Origin: an uncultured Gemmatimonadales bacterium
GTDB lineage: Bacteria > Gemmatimonadota > Gemmatimonadetes > Longimicrobiales > RSA9
DNA length: 64,000 nt
Direction of reading: 5' to 3'
NCBI GenBank assembly: GCA_963816355.1
Contig: CAWFKH010000006.1
Span: 160,001-224,000 of the forward strand
Shown: piece by piece, positions 27,879 through 41,444 of the stretch
How the letters are laid out: each line of letters starts with the position of its first letter
How positions within the stretch are numbered: the first letter of the stretch is position 1
Made by a program: the position numbers and the translations under genes
Notes under the pieces: model-generated
What the model was told of the DNA's origin: nothing
The model's input: the letters and a program-made list of their open reading frames with translations, nothing else
The model's database searches: none

Positions 27879-28514
27879 ATGGCGAGAGGGGATGCGCTCC
27901 TGGTGGTCGACGTGCAAAACGACTTCTGTCCCGGCGGTGCGCTGGGAGCGGAGGGCGGTGAGCGGGTCGCGGAGGTGATGAGCGCGTACGCGGCGCGTTT
28001 TCATGTCGCGGGCTTGCCGGTGGCGGCGTCGCGGGACTGGCATCCTCGCGAGACGCGCCACTTCCAGGCGTGGGGCGGGCCGTGGCCGCCGCACTGCGTG
28101 CAGGGTACGGAGGGCGCGGAGTTCCACCCCTCGCTCCGCCTGCCCCCGGGCACGGTGGTGTTCTCGAAGGGGACCGGCTTCGAGGGCGAGAGCTACTCGG
28201 CGTTCCTGGGCCGGGACGACCGCGGGCGCCCGCTCGGCGAGGCGCTGCGCGCGCAGGGCGTGCGGCGGCTCTTCGTCGGCGGCATCGCGACCGACTACTG
28301 CGTGCAGGCGAGCGCGCGGGACGCGCTGCGGGAAGGGTTCGCGGTGGTTCTCCTGCTCGACGGCGTGGCGGGCATCGATGTCGAGCCGGGCGACGTCGCC
28401 CGCGCGCTCGACGGCATGCTGCGGGCCGGGGCGCGCACCGCGACGCTGGACACGCTGGACGCCGAGCTGGGCGGGGGCGCCGGGGTCGTGGCCGCCGCGG
28501 GTCGGGCGGAGTAG
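27879..28514 (+). CDS. pncA: Nicotinamidase/pyrazinamidase
   Basis: [27 protein letters not shown] and [16 protein letters not shown]. Confidence 0.92.
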   Translation: MARGDALLVVDVQNDFCPGGALGAEGGERVAEVMSAYAARFHVAGLPVAASRDWHPRETRHFQAWGGPWPPHCVQGTEGAEFHPSLRLPPGTVVFSKGTGFEGESYSAFLGRDDRGRPLGEALRAQGVRRLFVGGIATDYCVQASARDALREGFAVVLLLDGVAGIDVEPGDVARALDGMLRAGARTATLDTLDAELGGGAGVVAAAGRAE

Positions 28515-28589
28515 GTTGTCGTCGGCGCGTCGGGGGCGACATTGCGGGTTCTCGGGACGCCGCGTGGCGATCCGTCGCAGGGAGGTGCG

Positions 28590-29813
<1,224 letters not shown>

Positions 29814-29893
29814 AGGCGACGTCGCGTTCTAGCAAGGCTCTTGCATGGGCGGGAGCCGCACCGTCGCGAACCCGAAACCCATCCCGATCCGAG

Positions 29894-31906
29894 ATGCCGA
29901 TCACGTCCAGCACGCTCCCCGCCGAAGGTCGCCGCCGCGTCGTCGTCGAAAGTGTCCAGCCGGTGGTGGACGGCGGACGCTTCCGGGCGAAGCGGTGCGT
30001 GGGCGACGAAGTGGTCGTCGAGGCGGACGCCTTCACCGACGGGCACGACTCGATCGCGTGCGTGCTGCGGCACCGTCGTGAAGAGGACGAGGCGTGGACG
30101 GAGACGGCGATGGACGCGCTCGGCAACGACCGCTGGCGGGGCAGGTTCCGCGCGCTGACGCTCGGCCGCTACCGCTTCGCGATCGTGGCCTGGGTGGACC
30201 ATTTCGCCACGTGGCGGAAGGACATGTTCAAGCGCGTGGAGGCGGGGCAGGACGTGGCGGTGGACCTGCGGATCGGCGCGGCGTGGGCGGAGGGCGCGAT
30301 GGAGCGCTCGGCCCGGTCGCGGCCGGCGGATGCGGCGCGGCTGCGGGAGCTGTGCGCGGTGCTTCGCGAGGGCGGCCCCGAGGGCGTGAAGGTCGCGCTG
30401 TCGGATGAGCTTGCGACGCTCGTCGGGCGGCATCCGGACCGCCGCTACGCGACGGAGCACGACCCCGGTCTGGCCGTGGTCGTCGACCCGGTGCTGGGGC
30501 GCTACAGCACGTGGTACGAGCTGTTTCCGCGCTCGGCCTCGCCGGAGCCGGGGCGGCACGGCACGTTCGCCGACGTCGAGGCGCGGTTGCCGGAGATCGA
30601 GGCGATGGGGTTCGACATCGTGTACCTGCCGCCGATCCACCCGATCGGCAGGGCGCGCCGGAAGGGCCGCAACAACGAAGTGGAGGCGGAGCCGGGGGCG
30701 GTGGGCAGCCCGTGGGCGATCGGTGCGGCGGAAGGCGGCCACGACGCGGTGCACCCGGAGCTGGGGGATGCGAAGGCGTTCCGTCGGCTGGTGCGCGTGG
30801 CACGCGAGCGGCACGGGATCGAGGTGGCGCTCGACATCGCGTTCCAGGCGTCGCCCGACCATCCGTACGCGACGGAGCACCCGGAGTGGTTCCGTGCGCG
30901 GCCGGACGGCACCATCCAGTACGCGGAGAACCCGCCGAAGAAGTACCAGGACATCTACCCGTTCGACTTCGAGTCGGCGGAGTGGCGCCCGCTGTGGGAG
31001 GAGCTGAAGCGGATCTTCGATCACTGGATCGAGCAGGGGGTGCGGGTGTTCCGCGTGGACAACCCGCACACGAAGCCGTTCCCGTTCTGGGAGTGGCTGA
31101 TCGAAGCGATCAAGGAGGAACGGCCGGACGTGCTCTTCCTCGCCGAGGCGTTCACGCGCCCGAAGGTGATGTACCGCCTGGCGAAGCTCGGCTTCTCGCA
31201 GTCGTACACGTACTTCGCGTGGCGCAACGCGAAGTGGGAGCTGGAGGAGTACCTGCGGGAGGTGACGCGGCCCCCGGTCTCGGATTTCTTCCGGCCCAAC
31301 TTCTGGACGAACACGCCGGACATCCTGACGGAGTTTCTGCAGAGCGGAGGCCGGCCGGCCTTCCTGACCCGGCTCGTGCTCGCGGCGACGATCGCCGCGA
31401 GCTACGGCATCTACGGACCGGCGTACGAGCTGCTGGAGAACCGGCCGCTGCGGCCGGGCAGCGAGGAGTACCTGGACTCGGAAAAGTACCAGATCCGCGC
31501 CTGGGATCTCGAGCGCGCGGACAACCTGCGCGACTTCATCACGCGCGTGAACCGGATCCGTCGCGAGCACGCCGCGCTGCAGCGCAACGACACGCTGCGC
31601 TTCCACCCGATCGACAACGACCAGCTCATCGCCTACAGCAAGCACGACGACGGCCACGACCTCGTGCTCACGGTGGTCAACCTCGATCCGCACCACACGC
31701 AGAGCGGATGGATCGAGCTGCCCCTGGAGGAGCTCGGGATCGACGCCGCCGAGCCGTACCGGGTGCACGACCTGCTCGGCGACGGCCGCTACGTCTGGCA
31801 CGGCGCGCGCAACTTCGTCGAGCTGAACCCGCACGTGCTGCCGGCGCACATCTTCCGCATCCACCGCGGCGTGAGGACGGAGAAGGAGTTCGAGTACTAT
31901 GCGTGA
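29894..31906 (+). CDS. glgE: Alpha-1,4-glucan:maltose-1-phosphate maltosyltransferase
   Basis: WYELFPRS, YLPPIHPIG, YAENPPKKYQDIYP, FRVDNPHTKP, LAEAFT and SEKYQ. Confidence 0.96.
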   Translation: MPITSSTLPAEGRRRVVVESVQPVVDGGRFRAKRCVGDEVVVEADAFTDGHDSIACVLRHRREEDEAWTETAMDALGNDRWRGRFRALTLGRYRFAIVAWVDHFATWRKDMFKRVEAGQDVAVDLRIGAAWAEGAMERSARSRPADAARLRELCAVLREGGPEGVKVALSDELATLVGRHPDRRYATEHDPGLAVVVDPVLGRYSTWYELFPRSASPEPGRHGTFADVEARLPEIEAMGFDIVYLPPIHPIGRARRKGRNNEVEAEPGAVGSPWAIGAAEGGHDAVHPELGDAKAFRRLVRVARERHGIEVALDIAFQASPDHPYATEHPEWFRARPDGTIQYAENPPKKYQDIYPFDFESAEWRPLWEELKRIFDHWIEQGVRVFRVDNPHTKPFPFWEWLIEAIKEERPDVLFLAEAFTRPKVMYRLAKLGFSQSYTYFAWRNAKWELEEYLREVTRPPVSDFFRPNFWTNTPDILTEFLQSGGRPAFLTRLVLAATIAASYGIYGPAYELLENRPLRPGSEEYLDSEKYQIRAWDLERADNLRDFITRVNRIRREHAALQRNDTLRFHPIDNDQLIAYSKHDDGHDLVLTVVNLDPHHTQSGWIELPLEELGIDAAEPYRVHDLLGDGRYVWHGARNFVELNPHVLPAHIFRIHRGVRTEKEFEYYA

Positions 31907-34900
31907 GGGATGGGAGGGGGGCGCAGCGGGTGAAGGTCGGGCGCAGGCGGCGCGGCGGGAGGAGCGGCCGGCGGCGCCGGGGGATGGGGCGAGCGATCCG
32001 CTCTGGTACAGGGACGCGATCATCTACCAGATCCACGTGAAGGCGTTCTTCGACAGCGACGGCGACGGGATCGGCGATTTCGCGGGGCTGCGACAGAAGC
32101 TGGACTACCTGCAGGAGCTGGGCGTCACCGCGTTGTGGCTGTTGCCGTTCTACCCCTCGCCTTTGAAGGACGACGGCTACGACATCGCGGACTACACCGG
32201 CATCCATCCTTCGTACGGCGACATGCAGGACTTCCGCGCGTTCCTGCGGGAAGCGCACGAGCGCGGCCTGCGCGTGATCACGGAGCTGGTGGTCAACCAC
32301 ACGTCGGATGCGCACGCGTGGTTTCAGCGGGCGCGGCGGGCGAAGCCGGGCAGCGCGGCGCGCGACTTCTACGTGTGGAGCGACACGCCGGAGAAGTACG
32401 CCGAGGCGCGCATCATCTTCAAGGACTTCGAGCACTCGAACTGGGCGTGGGATCCGGTCGCGAAGGCGTACTTCTGGCACCGCTTCTACTCGCACCAGCC
32501 GGACCTGAACTACGACAATCCGCAGGTGCGCAAGGCGGTGCACCGGGTGATGGACGCGTGGTTCGAGATGGGCGTCGACGGGATGCGGCTGGACGCGATC
32601 CCCTACCTCGTGGAGCGCGAGGGCACGAACTGCGAGAACCTGCCGGAGACGCACGCGGTGTTGAAGGAGCTACGTGCGCATCTGGACGAGCACTTCGAGA
32701 ACCGCATGCTGCTGGCGGAGGCGAACCAGTGGCCGGAGGACGCGGCGGCGTATTTCGGCGCGGGCGACGAGTGCCACATGAACTTCCACTTCCCGCTGAT
32801 GCCGCGGCTCTTCATGTCGGTGCACATGGAGGACCGGTTCCCGATCATCGACATCCTGAAGCAGACGCCGCCGATCCCGGAGACGGCGCAGTGGGCGATC
32901 TTCCTCCGCAACCACGACGAGCTCACGCTGGAGATGGTGACGGACGAGGAGCGCGACTACATGTACCGCGTCTACGCATCGGACCCGCGGGCGCGCATCA
33001 ACCTGGGGATCCGCCGCCGTCTCGCGCCGCTGCTCGAGAACAACCGTCGCAAGATCGAGTTGATGACGAGCCTGCTGCTCTCGCTGCCAGGCACGCCGGT
33101 GGTCTACTACGGCGACGAGATCGGGATGGGGGACAACATCTACCTGGGCGACCGCAACGGCGTGCGCACGCCGATGCAGTGGAGCGGCGACCGCAACGCC
33201 GGCTTCTCGCGGGCGAATCCGCAGCGTCTCTTCCTGCCGGTGGTGACCGACCCGGAGTACCACTACGAGTCGGTCAACGTGGAGGCGCAGCAGAACAACC
33301 CGTCGTCGTTGCTGTGGTGGACGCGGCGGGTGATCCAGATGCGCAAGCACCACCGTGCGCTGAGCCGGGGCACGATCGAGTTCCTGCAGCCGGAGAACCG
33401 CAAGGTGCTCGCGTTCGTGCGCGAGCTCGAGGAGGAGCGCATCCTCGTCGTGGTCAACCTGTCGCGCTTCACGCAGTACGTGCGGCTCGACCTGTCCGCC
33501 TACGGCGGCGCGGTGCCGGTGGAGCTGTTCGGCCAGACGGAGTTCCCGCCGATCGGCGAAGAGCCGTATTTCCTGACCCTGGGGCCGCACACGTTCTACT
33601 GGTTCTCGATCGTGCCGGAAGGGACGCGCGTGCAGCTCCGGGGCGCCGACGCCGCGTCCGCGCGCGAGACGGTGATCCCCGTGCCGCACGAGTGGCAGGA
33701 CGTCTTCCGCGGCCGCGCGGGGGAGCGCCTCGAGGCGCTCCTGCCGTTCCACCTGCGGGCGCAGCGCTGGTTCCGCGGCAAGGCGCGCCCGGTGCGCCGC
33801 TGCTCGGTCGTCGACGTGATCCGGCTCGACGGCGTCGCGTGGGCGGTGTTGCTGCTGGTGCGCGTCGACTTCGTGGACGGCGAATCGGACACGTACGTGC
33901 TGCCGCTCGGCTTCGAGCCGCACGCGGGGCGCATCGAGACGACGCGGCCCGCCGCGATCGTGACGCGCGTGCGGCTGCCGGACACGGAGGAGCCGGGTGC
34001 GCTCTACGACACCACGATGGAGCCGCAGATCGCGGCGGCGCTGCTCGGCGAAGTGGCGGGGCGGCGCGCGCTGCGCGGCATGCGGGGCCAGGTGCGCTCG
34101 GAACGTACGGGCGCCTACCGGCGGCTGGAGACGCGCGGCGAGGCGACGCCGGCGACGGTGATGCGGGCGGAGCAGAGCAACACGTCGATCGTCTACGGCG
34201 ACCGCTGGGTGCTGAAGCTGTTCCGGCGGCTGGAGGACGGCGTGAGCCTGGACCTCGAGCTGGGTCGCTACCTGACCGACCGCGCCTTCCCCAACGCGCC
34301 GGGCGTGGGAGGCACGCTGGAGTACCGCGTGGGCGCCGCGGAGCCGCGTACGATGGCGCTGCTGCAGCAGCACGTCGCCAACGAGGGCGACGCGTGGAAG
34401 CTCACGCTGGACGAGCTCGGCGTCTTCCTGGAGCGTGCGAGCGCGTGGCGGGCGAAGCCGTCCCGCATGGCGGTCGACGCCGGCGCGCTGCTGCGGCTCG
34501 CGCAGAACGAGCCGAGCGAGGAGGCGCGCGAGCTGATCGGCGCCTATCTCGAGCTGTCGCGTCTGCTCGGCCGGCGCACCGCGGAGCTGCACGCGGCGCT
34601 CTCCGGGCGGCCGGACGACCCCGCCTTCGCGCCGGAGCCGTTCACGGTCTTCTACCAGCGCTCGCTCTACCAATCGCTGCGCAACCTGACCGGGCAGGTG
34701 CTGCAGTCGGCCGGGACGCGCCGCGACGAGCTGGTGGCGCGCGCGCCCGAAGTCGGCGCCGTGCTGGATGCGGAAGAGGAGATCCTCGCCCGCTTCGCGC
34801 GCGTACTCGGCCGCCGCATTCACGTCGTGCGCATCCGCACCCACGGCGACTACCACCTCGGGCAGGTGCTCTTCACCGGCAAGGACTTCGTCATCACGGA

Positions 34901-35297
34901 CTTCGAGGGCGAGCCGGCGCGGCCGCTGAGCGAGCGGCGCATGAAGCGGTCGGCGCTGCGCGACGTCGCAGGCATGCTGCGCTCCTTCCACTACGCGGTC
35001 TACACGGCGCGCTTCGAAGCCGCCCGCTCCGGCGTGCTGCGCGGCGACAGCGCGGAGCCGCTGGAGCCGTTCGTGCGCTTCTGGTACGCGTGGGCGGCGG
35101 GGGCGTACCTGCGTGGCTATCTCGAGGCGGCCGCGGGCTCGACGTTCCTGCCCGCCGACGACGCCGACCTGGAGCTCCTCCTGGACGCTTACCTGCTCGA
35201 AAAGGCGGTCTACGAGCTGGGCTACGAGCTGAACAACCGTCCCGACTGGGTGGTCATCCCGGCGCGGGGCATCCTGCAGCTGCTGCGCGACGGATGA
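31899..35297 (+). CDS. treS: Trehalose synthase fused to maltokinase (TreS-Mak/Pep2)
   Basis: GH13 motifs DDGYDI, HRFYSHQPDLN, RLDAIPY and FLRNHDELTLE. C-terminal kinase motifs EQSNTS, HGDYHLGQ, DFEGEP and RDVAGMLRS. Confidence 0.96.
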   Translation: MREGWEGGAAGEGRAQAARREERPAAPGDGASDPLWYRDAIIYQIHVKAFFDSDGDGIGDFAGLRQKLDYLQELGVTALWLLPFYPSPLKDDGYDIADYTGIHPSYGDMQDFRAFLREAHERGLRVITELVVNHTSDAHAWFQRARRAKPGSAARDFYVWSDTPEKYAEARIIFKDFEHSNWAWDPVAKAYFWHRFYSHQPDLNYDNPQVRKAVHRVMDAWFEMGVDGMRLDAIPYLVEREGTNCENLPETHAVLKELRAHLDEHFENRMLLAEANQWPEDAAAYFGAGDECHMNFHFPLMPRLFMSVHMEDRFPIIDILKQTPPIPETAQWAIFLRNHDELTLEMVTDEERDYMYRVYASDPRARINLGIRRRLAPLLENNRRKIELMTSLLLSLPGTPVVYYGDEIGMGDNIYLGDRNGVRTPMQWSGDRNAGFSRANPQRLFLPVVTDPEYHYESVNVEAQQNNPSSLLWWTRRVIQMRKHHRALSRGTIEFLQPENRKVLAFVRELEEERILVVVNLSRFTQYVRLDLSAYGGAVPVELFGQTEFPPIGEEPYFLTLGPHTFYWFSIVPEGTRVQLRGADAASARETVIPVPHEWQDVFRGRAGERLEALLPFHLRAQRWFRGKARPVRRCSVVDVIRLDGVAWAVLLLVRVDFVDGESDTYVLPLGFEPHAGRIETTRPAAIVTRVRLPDTEEPGALYDTTMEPQIAAALLGEVAGRRALRGMRGQVRSERTGAYRRLETRGEATPATVMRAEQSNTSIVYGDRWVLKLFRRLEDGVSLDLELGRYLTDRAFPNAPGVGGTLEYRVGAAEPRTMALLQQHVANEGDAWKLTLDELGVFLERASAWRAKPSRMAVDAGALLRLAQNEPSEEARELIGAYLELSRLLGRRTAELHAALSGRPDDPAFAPEPFTVFYQRSLYQSLRNLTGQVLQSAGTRRDELVARAPEVGAVLDAEEEILARFARVLGRRIHVVRIRTHGDYHLGQVLFTGKDFVITDFEGEPARPLSERRMKRSALRDVAGMLRSFHYAVYTARFEAARSGVLRGDSAEPLEPFVRFWYAWAAGAYLRGYLEAAAGSTFLPADDADLELLLDAYLLEKAVYELGYELNNRPDWVVIPARGILQLLRDG

Positions 35298-37648
35298 GCC
35301 GCCCCGGCGGCGCGCTCCGCCGGCTGGCGAGGCTCTACGGCGTTCAGCCGGAATACCGCGACATCGAGGGCCGCCCGCGTGGCGCGGAAGAAGCGCCGCT
35401 GCTCGAAGTGCTGCGTGCGCTCGGAGCGCCGGTCGAGCGGCCGGGGGACGTCGCGTTCGCGCTGCGCCGGCGGCGGGCGGAGCTGTGGCGACGCGGAATT
35501 CCGCCGGTCACCGTCGCGTGGAACGGCCGCCTGCCCGCGCTGCTGCTGCGGCGGCCCGCGGAGGCGGGCGGACTCGAATTCGCCATGCGGCTGGAGGGCG
35601 ACGGCGAAGACGGGTGGACGCCGATCGCGGCGCGCGTGGATGCCGTGGGCGGGACGCGCGTGGAAGGCATCGCGTACCGCCGCGACCGGGTGGTGCCGGA
35701 CGGCGTGGTGCGGCCGGGATATCATCGCTTGCGCGCGAGGTGCGGCGACCGCGCCTGGGAGACGCTGGTCGTCTCGGCGCCGGCGCGGGCGTACGGCGGC
35801 GGGGGGGAGGATCCGCCGCGCCGCGTCTGGGGCGTCTTTCAGCCGCTCTACGGCCTGCGCACGGAGCGCGGCTGGGGGACCGGTGACCTGGGCTCGCTCG
35901 CGGCCCTGGCACGGTGGGTGGCGGAGCGGGGTGGTGCAGTGGTGGGCACGCTGCCGCTACTGGCATCGTTTCTCGAAGAGCCGCTCGAGCCGAGCCCGTA
36001 CGCGCCGGTGAGCCGGCTCTTCTGGAACGAGCTGTACGCGGACCTGACGGGCGCGGCGGAGCTCGACGCGTGTCCCGCAGCGCGCGCGCTCCTCTCCGGG
36101 AAGGCGCTGCAGGAGGGGATCGTGGCGGCGCGTGAATCGCGTGTGGTCGACTACGCGGCGGAGCACGCGCGACGGCGGCCGGTCCTCGATCTGCTCGCGG
36201 GGTGCTTCTTCGAGGCGGGCGGCGAGAGCTCGGCGGAGTACGACGGTTTCCTGCGGGCGTACCCGGAGGCGGAGCGCTACGCGACGTTCCGTGCGATCGT
36301 CGAGCGGCGGCGAGAGCCGTGGCGTGCGTGGCCGGAAGCGCTGCGGCGGGGAGAGATGCCGGCGGGCGAGTACGAGGACGCGGCGCGCCGTCGCCATCTG
36401 TACGCGCAACTCCTGATGCACCGCCAGCTCGGGGCGACGTCGCGGGCCGCGGCGGAGCAGGGCGTGGGGTTGTATCTCGACCTGCCGCTCGGCGCGCATC
36501 CGGACGGGTACGACGCATGGGCGCACCGGCGCCTGTTCGCGGCGGGGATGTCCGCCGGCGCGCCGCCGGACCCGTTCATCTCGAAGGGGCAGAGCTGGGG
36601 GTTCGCCCCGCCGCGTCCGGCCGCGATGCGAACGAGCGGGTACGCGTACACGATCGCAGCGCTGCGCACGCACATGCGCTACGCGGCGGCGCTGCGCCTG
36701 GACCACGTGATGTCGCTGCACCGTCTCTTCTGGGTGCCGCACGGGCGCGAGCCGGCGGAGGGCGTCTACGTCCGTTACCGGCCTGACGAGCTGTACGCGA
36801 TCCTGTCGCTGGAGTCGCACCGCCACGGCACGGTCGTGATCGGCGAGGATCTGGGGACGGTGCCGGCGTCGGTGCGGCGCGCGATGGGGCGGCACGGGGT
36901 CCGTCGCATGTACGTCGCGCAGTTCGAGTTCGGCACCGATGCGACGGCGGCGCCGGCGCGCGTGCCGCCGGACGCGGTGGCGTCGCTGAACACCCACGAC
37001 ATGCCGCCGTTCGCGGCATTCTGGCGCGGTGACGACATCACGGATCGGCAGTCGCTCGGGTGGCTGGACGGCGCCGCGGCGGAGGAGGAGCGGAAGCGTC
37101 GTTCGGCGCAGCGTGAATCGCTGCTGGCGTGGCTGCTGCGCGAGGGCCGGTTGGGCGGCGAGAAGGACGCGGGCGCCGTCCTTGCGGCGCTACTCGGGTG
37201 GCTGGGCGAGAGCGACGCGGAGATCGTCGTGGTGGCGCTCGAGGACCTGTGGCTGGAGACGCGGCCGCAGAACGTGCCGGGCACGTGGCGGGAGCGTCCG
37301 AACTGGCGGGGCCGCGCCGCCCACCGGCTGGAGGAGGCAGGGGCCGTGGAGGGCGTGGAGGCGCGGTTGCGGCGGCTGCGCGAGGGCCGGGTGCGGCGGC
37401 GGCTCGCGGCGGAACGGCCGGTTGAAGAGGGTGGCGGCGGAGGTGGACTGGAGGTCGGATCGCCGCCGCGGGGAAGGCCGCGACGGATCGTCGGGAAGGG
37501 TCCAGGTGAAGGGGGAGACGGATTTGAATCGCGAGAGCCAGGGAACGAAGACGGCGAAGGGGCGGCGTGCGGCGCGGGGGCCGGGAGGGCGCGGAGGCGG
37601 GCGCGGCGGGGCCGCGCGGCCGAGTGCGGCACGACGCATCGCTGCTGA
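35294..37648 (+). CDS. malQ: 4-alpha-glucanotransferase (GH77); 3' end uncertain
   Basis: [32 protein letters not shown] and NVPGT..PNW. A low-complexity tail overlaps the glgB start. Confidence 0.92.
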   Translation: MSRPGGALRRLARLYGVQPEYRDIEGRPRGAEEAPLLEVLRALGAPVERPGDVAFALRRRRAELWRRGIPPVTVAWNGRLPALLLRRPAEAGGLEFAMRLEGDGEDGWTPIAARVDAVGGTRVEGIAYRRDRVVPDGVVRPGYHRLRARCGDRAWETLVVSAPARAYGGGGEDPPRRVWGVFQPLYGLRTERGWGTGDLGSLAALARWVAERGGAVVGTLPLLASFLEEPLEPSPYAPVSRLFWNELYADLTGAAELDACPAARALLSGKALQEGIVAARESRVVDYAAEHARRRPVLDLLAGCFFEAGGESSAEYDGFLRAYPEAERYATFRAIVERRREPWRAWPEALRRGEMPAGEYEDAARRRHLYAQLLMHRQLGATSRAAAEQGVGLYLDLPLGAHPDGYDAWAHRRLFAAGMSAGAPPDPFISKGQSWGFAPPRPAAMRTSGYAYTIAALRTHMRYAAALRLDHVMSLHRLFWVPHGREPAEGVYVRYRPDELYAILSLESHRHGTVVIGEDLGTVPASVRRAMGRHGVRRMYVAQFEFGTDATAAPARVPPDAVASLNTHDMPPFAAFWRGDDITDRQSLGWLDGAAAEEERKRRSAQRESLLAWLLREGRLGGEKDAGAVLAALLGWLGESDAEIVVVALEDLWLETRPQNVPGTWRERPNWRGRAAHRLEEAGAVEGVEARLRRLREGRVRRRLAAERPVEEGGGGGGLEVGSPPRGRPRRIVGKGPGEGGDGFESREPGNEDGEGAACGAGAGRARRRARRGRAAECGTTHRC

Positions 37649-39546
37649 CGGAGTACGACGTCCACCTCTTCAGCGAGGGCACGCACTTCCGGCTGTACGA
37701 GAAGCTGGGCGCGCACCCGATGGAGGTGGAAGGGGAGGCGGGGACGCACTTCGCGGTATGGGCACCGAACGCGCGGGCGGTGTCGGTCGTGGGTGACTTC
37801 AACGGATGGGACGGGGGCGGGCACGCGACTGGCGCCGCGCGCCTCGACGGGAATCTGGGAGGGGTTCATCGCGGGCGTCGGCGCGGGCACGGTCTACAAG
37901 TACCACGTCGAGTCGAGCCACGGCGGCTACGTGGTGGACAAGGCGGATCCGTTCGCGTTCCGCGCGGAGGTGCCGCCGCGGACGGCGTCGGTGGTGGCGG
38001 ACCTGGAGTACGCGTGGGGCGACGACGCGTGGCTGGCGCGGCGCGCGACGCTCGACGGCGCGGCGGAGCCGATGAGCGTCTACGAGGTGCACCTCGGGTC
38101 GTGGATGCGCGATCCGGAGGGCAACCGCATGCTGAGCTATCGCGAGCTGGCGCCGAGGCTGGCGGAGCACGTGGAGCGTCTCGGCTTCACGCACGTGGAG
38201 TTGTTGCCGGTGATGGAGCACCCGTTCTACGGCTCGTGGGGCTATCAGACGACCGGCTACTTCGCGCCGACGAGCCGCTACGGCGGTCCCGCGGATTTCA
38301 TGTACCTGATCGACCACCTGCACCAGCGCGGGATCGGCGTCCTCCTCGACTGGGTGCCCTCGCACTTTCCGTCGGACGAGCACGGCCTCGCCTATTTCGA
38401 CGGCACGCACCTCTACGAGCACGCGGACCCGCGGCAGGGATATCACCCGGACTGGAACAGCTACATCTTCAACTACGGCCGCAACGAGGTCCGCTCCTTC
38501 CTCGCCTCGAGCGCCCTGTTCTGGCTGGACCGCTACCACGCCGACGGCCTGCGCGTGGACGCGGTGGCGTCGATGCTCTACCTGGACTACTCGCGCAAGG
38601 CGGGCGAGTGGATCCCGAACGTGCACGGCGGGCGCGAGAACCTGGACGCGATCGCGTTCATGCGCACGCTCAACGAGGGGCTCTACCGCGAAGCGGCCGG
38701 AATCCAGACGGTGGCGGAGGAGTCGACGGCGTGGCCAATGGTGTCGCGCCCGACGTACGTCGGCGGCCTCGGCTTCGGCATGAAGTGGGACATGGGATGG
38801 ATGCACGACACGCTGCAGTACATGCAGCGCGAGCCGATCCACCGGCGCTGGCACCACGGCGAGCTCAGCTTCCGCATGATCTACGCGTTCAACGAGAACT
38901 TCGTCCTGCCGCTGTCGCACGACGAGGTGGTGCACGGCAAGGGCTCGCTGATCGGCAAGATGCCGGGCGACGACTGGCAGCGCTTCGCGAACCTCCGCCT
39001 GCTCTTCGGCTACATGTGGTCGATGCCCGGCAAGAAGCTGCTCTTCATGGGGGGCGAGCTCGGGCAGTGGCGCGAGTGGAACCACGAACAGAGCCTGGAC
39101 TGGCACCTGCTCGAAGAGGGCGAACGCCACGCGGGCGTGCAGCGCTGGATCGGCGACCTCAACCGCCGCTACGCGGAGGAGCCCGCGCTGCACGAGCTCG
39201 ACTTCAATCCGGACGGCTTCGAGTGGATCGACGCCAGCGACGCCGAGCAGAGCGTGCTCTGCTACCTCCGCCGCGCGTCCGCCGCGCCGCCGATCCTGTG
39301 CGCGCTCAACTTCACGCCCGCGCCGCGCGAGAACTACCGGTCGGCGTGCCGGTCGCGGGCCGCTGGGAGGAGGTCCTGAACGGCGACGCGCCGGCTTACG
39401 GCGGCAGCGGGATCGGCAACCTCGGCGGTGTCGAGAGCGCACCGGTGCCGAGCCACGGCCACATGCAGTCGCTCAACCTCACGCTGCCTCCGCTCGCTGC
39501 GCTCTTCCTGCGCGCTCCCCGGCAGGGGCGGGAGCCGAGCCAGTGA
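37567..39546 (+). CDS. glgB: 1,4-alpha-glucan branching enzyme, with two compensating single-base indels (+1 near 37815, -1 near 39340); start uncertain
   Basis: N-terminus ([16 protein letters not shown]) and C-terminus ([17 protein letters not shown]) are in frame 37567. The catalytic core ([36 protein letters not shown]) is in frame 37793. Confidence 0.93.
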   Translation: MRRGGREGAEAGAAGPRGRVRHDASLLTEYDVHLFSEGTHFRLYEKLGAHPMEVEGEAGTHFAVWAPNARAVSVVGDFNGWDGGGHATGAARLDGNLGGVHRGRRRGHGLQVPRRVEPRRLRGGQGGSVRVPRGGAAADGVGGGGPGVRVGRRRVAGAARDARRRGGADERLRGAPRVVDARSGGQPHAELSRAGAEAGGARGASRLHARGVVAGDGAPVLRLVGLSDDRLLRADEPLRRSRGFHVPDRPPAPARDRRPPRLGALALSVGRARPRLFRRHAPLRARGPAAGISPGLEQLHLQLRPQRGPLLPRLERPVLAGPLPRRRPARGRGGVDALPGLLAQGGRVDPERARRAREPGRDRVHAHAQRGALPRSGRNPDGGGGVDGVANGVAPDVRRRPRLRHEVGHGMDARHAAVHAARADPPALAPRRAQLPHDLRVQRELRPAAVARRGGARQGLADRQDAGRRLAALREPPPALRLHVVDARQEAALHGGRARAVARVEPRTEPGLAPARRGRTPRGRAALDRRPQPPLRGGARAARARLQSGRLRVDRRQRRRAERALLPPPRVRRAADPVRAQLHARAARELPVGVPVAGRWEEVLNGDAPAYGGSGIGNLGGVESAPVPSHGHMQSLNLTLPPLAALFLRAPRQGREPSQ

Positions 39547-41444
39547 GCCCGCCGCCCGCGTGGCCGGACGGCAGGCTCGGGGCGACGCCGATCGCGCCCG
39601 ACGCCTGCCGGTTCCGAGTGTGGGCGCCCCGTGCCGAGCGCGTGGAGGTGCGGCTGGTCGAGGAGGGCCGGCCGGTCGAAGAAGGGCGGCTGGAGACATT
39701 GCGGCGAGAGGCGGACGGCTACCACGCCGGCGACGTCGAGAGCGTCACGGCCGGCGCGCTCTACCTGTACCGCCTGGACGGGGGCGAGGAGCGCCCGGAC
39801 CCGGCCTCGCGTTCGCAGCCGCGCGGCGTGCACGGCCCGTCGCGCGTGGTGGCGCGGGCGCGGGAGCCGGCGCAGTGGCGGATGCCGGCGCCGGGCGACG
39901 TCGTCTTCTACGAGGCGCACGTGGGCACGTTCACGTCCGAGGGCACCTTCGACGCGGTCATCCCGCGCCTGGAAGGCCTGCGCGAGCTGGGCGCGAACGC
40001 GCTCGAGCTGATGCCGATCGCGCAGTTTCCCGGCGCTCGCAACTGGGGCTACGACGGCGTCTATCCGTTCGCGGCGCAGGAGAGCTACGGGGGCGCCGCG
40101 GGGCTCGTGCGCCTGATCGATGCGGCGCACGCGGCGGGCGTCGCCGTCGCGCTCGACGTCGTCTACAACCACCTCGGGCCCGAGGGCAACTACCTGCGCG
40201 ACTTCGGGCCCTACTTCACCGACCGCTACCGCACGCCGTGGGGCGACGCTCTGAACTTCGACGGCGCGGGCAGCGACGAGGTACGCCGCTTCTTCATCGA
40301 GAGCGCGCTGTACTGGACGATGGAGTGCGGCGTCGACGCGCTGCGGCTGGACGCGATCCACGCGATCGTCGATCCGTCGCCGCTGCCGTTCGTCGAGGAG
40401 CTCGCGCGCGTGGTGCATGCCGAGGCGGAACGGCGAGGGCGGCGCGTGTGGCTGATCGGCGAGAGCGACGCGAACGATCCGCGCGTCGTGCGTCCGGCGG
40501 AGCTGGGCGGACTCGGACTGGACGCGCAGTGGGCCGACGAGTTCCACCACGCGCTCCACGCGCTCGCGAGCGGCGAGCGGCACGGCTACTACGCGGATTT
40601 CGGTCGCGTCGCGGACCTCGCCCGCGCCTTCGAAGGGCCGTTCGTCCACCGCGGCGAGCGATCGGACTTCCGCGGGCGCCGTCACGGCCGCGCGGCCGCC
40701 GGCGCGGCCGCGCGGCGGTTCGTCGTCTGCTGTCAGAACCACGATCAGGTGGGCAACCGCCTGGCCGGCGATCGCGTGGACACGCTCGTCGACTTCGAGA
40801 CGCGGAAGGCGATGGCGGCGGCGGTGCTGCTCTCGCCGTTCGTGCCGCTGCTCTTCATGGGCGAGGAGTACGGCGAGCGGGCGCCGTTCCCGTACTTCGT
40901 GAGCCACGGCGATGCGGCTCTGGTGGAGGCGGTGCGGCGCGGTCGCGCGGCGGAGTTCTCGGCCTTCCGCTGGGAGGGCGAGCCGCCCGATCCGCAGGCG
41001 GAGTCGACGTTCCGGTCGGCGGTCCTGCGGCGGCCGGACGAGGGCACGGAGGGCGAGGGGAGCGAGCGCGCGGCCTCCCTGCGCGCATTTCACGCGGAGC
41101 TGATGCGGGTGCGGGCGGACCTCTGGGACCGCGACCGTTCGGCGTCCGAGCTGCTGCGGGCGTGGCCGCTGGAGCGGGAGCGGCTGCTGGTGGTGGCGGC
41201 GCGCCAGGGCGGGACGCTGCTCCTGCTCCGGGTCGGCGGATCGGCGGGCGCGGTGCGGATCGAGCCGCCGCCGGGTGCGTGGCGGCGGGTGCTGGATTCG
41301 GCGGAAGCCCGGTGGGGCGGCCCGGGGAGCGCGGTTCCGCCGCGGATCGCCGGCGATGGCGCGGTGTCGCTGGACCTTCCCGGGAGCGTGGCGGTGCTCT
41401 TCCGCGCCGAGACGGGCCGCCGCGGCGGCGAGGCGGCGGCATGA
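39543..41444 (+). CDS. treZ: Malto-oligosyltrehalose trehalohydrolase
   Basis: [31 protein letters not shown] and QNHDQVGNR. Confidence 0.95.
   Translation: MSPPPAWPDGRLGATPIAPDACRFRVWAPRAERVEVRLVEEGRPVEEGRLETLRREADGYHAGDVESVTAGALYLYRLDGGEERPDPASRSQPRGVHGPSRVVARAREPAQWRMPAPGDVVFYEAHVGTFTSEGTFDAVIPRLEGLRELGANALELMPIAQFPGARNWGYDGVYPFAAQESYGGAAGLVRLIDAAHAAGVAVALDVVYNHLGPEGNYLRDFGPYFTDRYRTPWGDALNFDGAGSDEVRRFFIESALYWTMECGVDALRLDAIHAIVDPSPLPFVEELARVVHAEAERRGRRVWLIGESDANDPRVVRPAELGGLGLDAQWADEFHHALHALASGERHGYYADFGRVADLARAFEGPFVHRGERSDFRGRRHGRAAAGAAARRFVVCCQNHDQVGNRLAGDRVDTLVDFETRKAMAAAVLLSPFVPLLFMGEEYGERAPFPYFVSHGDAALVEAVRRGRAAEFSAFRWEGEPPDPQAESTFRSAVLRRPDEGTEGEGSERAASLRAFHAELMRVRADLWDRDRSASELLRAWPLERERLLVVAARQGGTLLLLRVGGSAGAVRIEPPPGAWRRVLDSAEARWGGPGSAVPPRIAGDGAVSLDLPGSVAVLFRAETGRRGGEAAA

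Noticed and set aside
29830..29845. Sigma54 promoter TAGCAAG-GCTC-TTGCA before glgE
   Set aside because: Spacing is right but the invariant GG at -24 is AG, so it cannot be supported.
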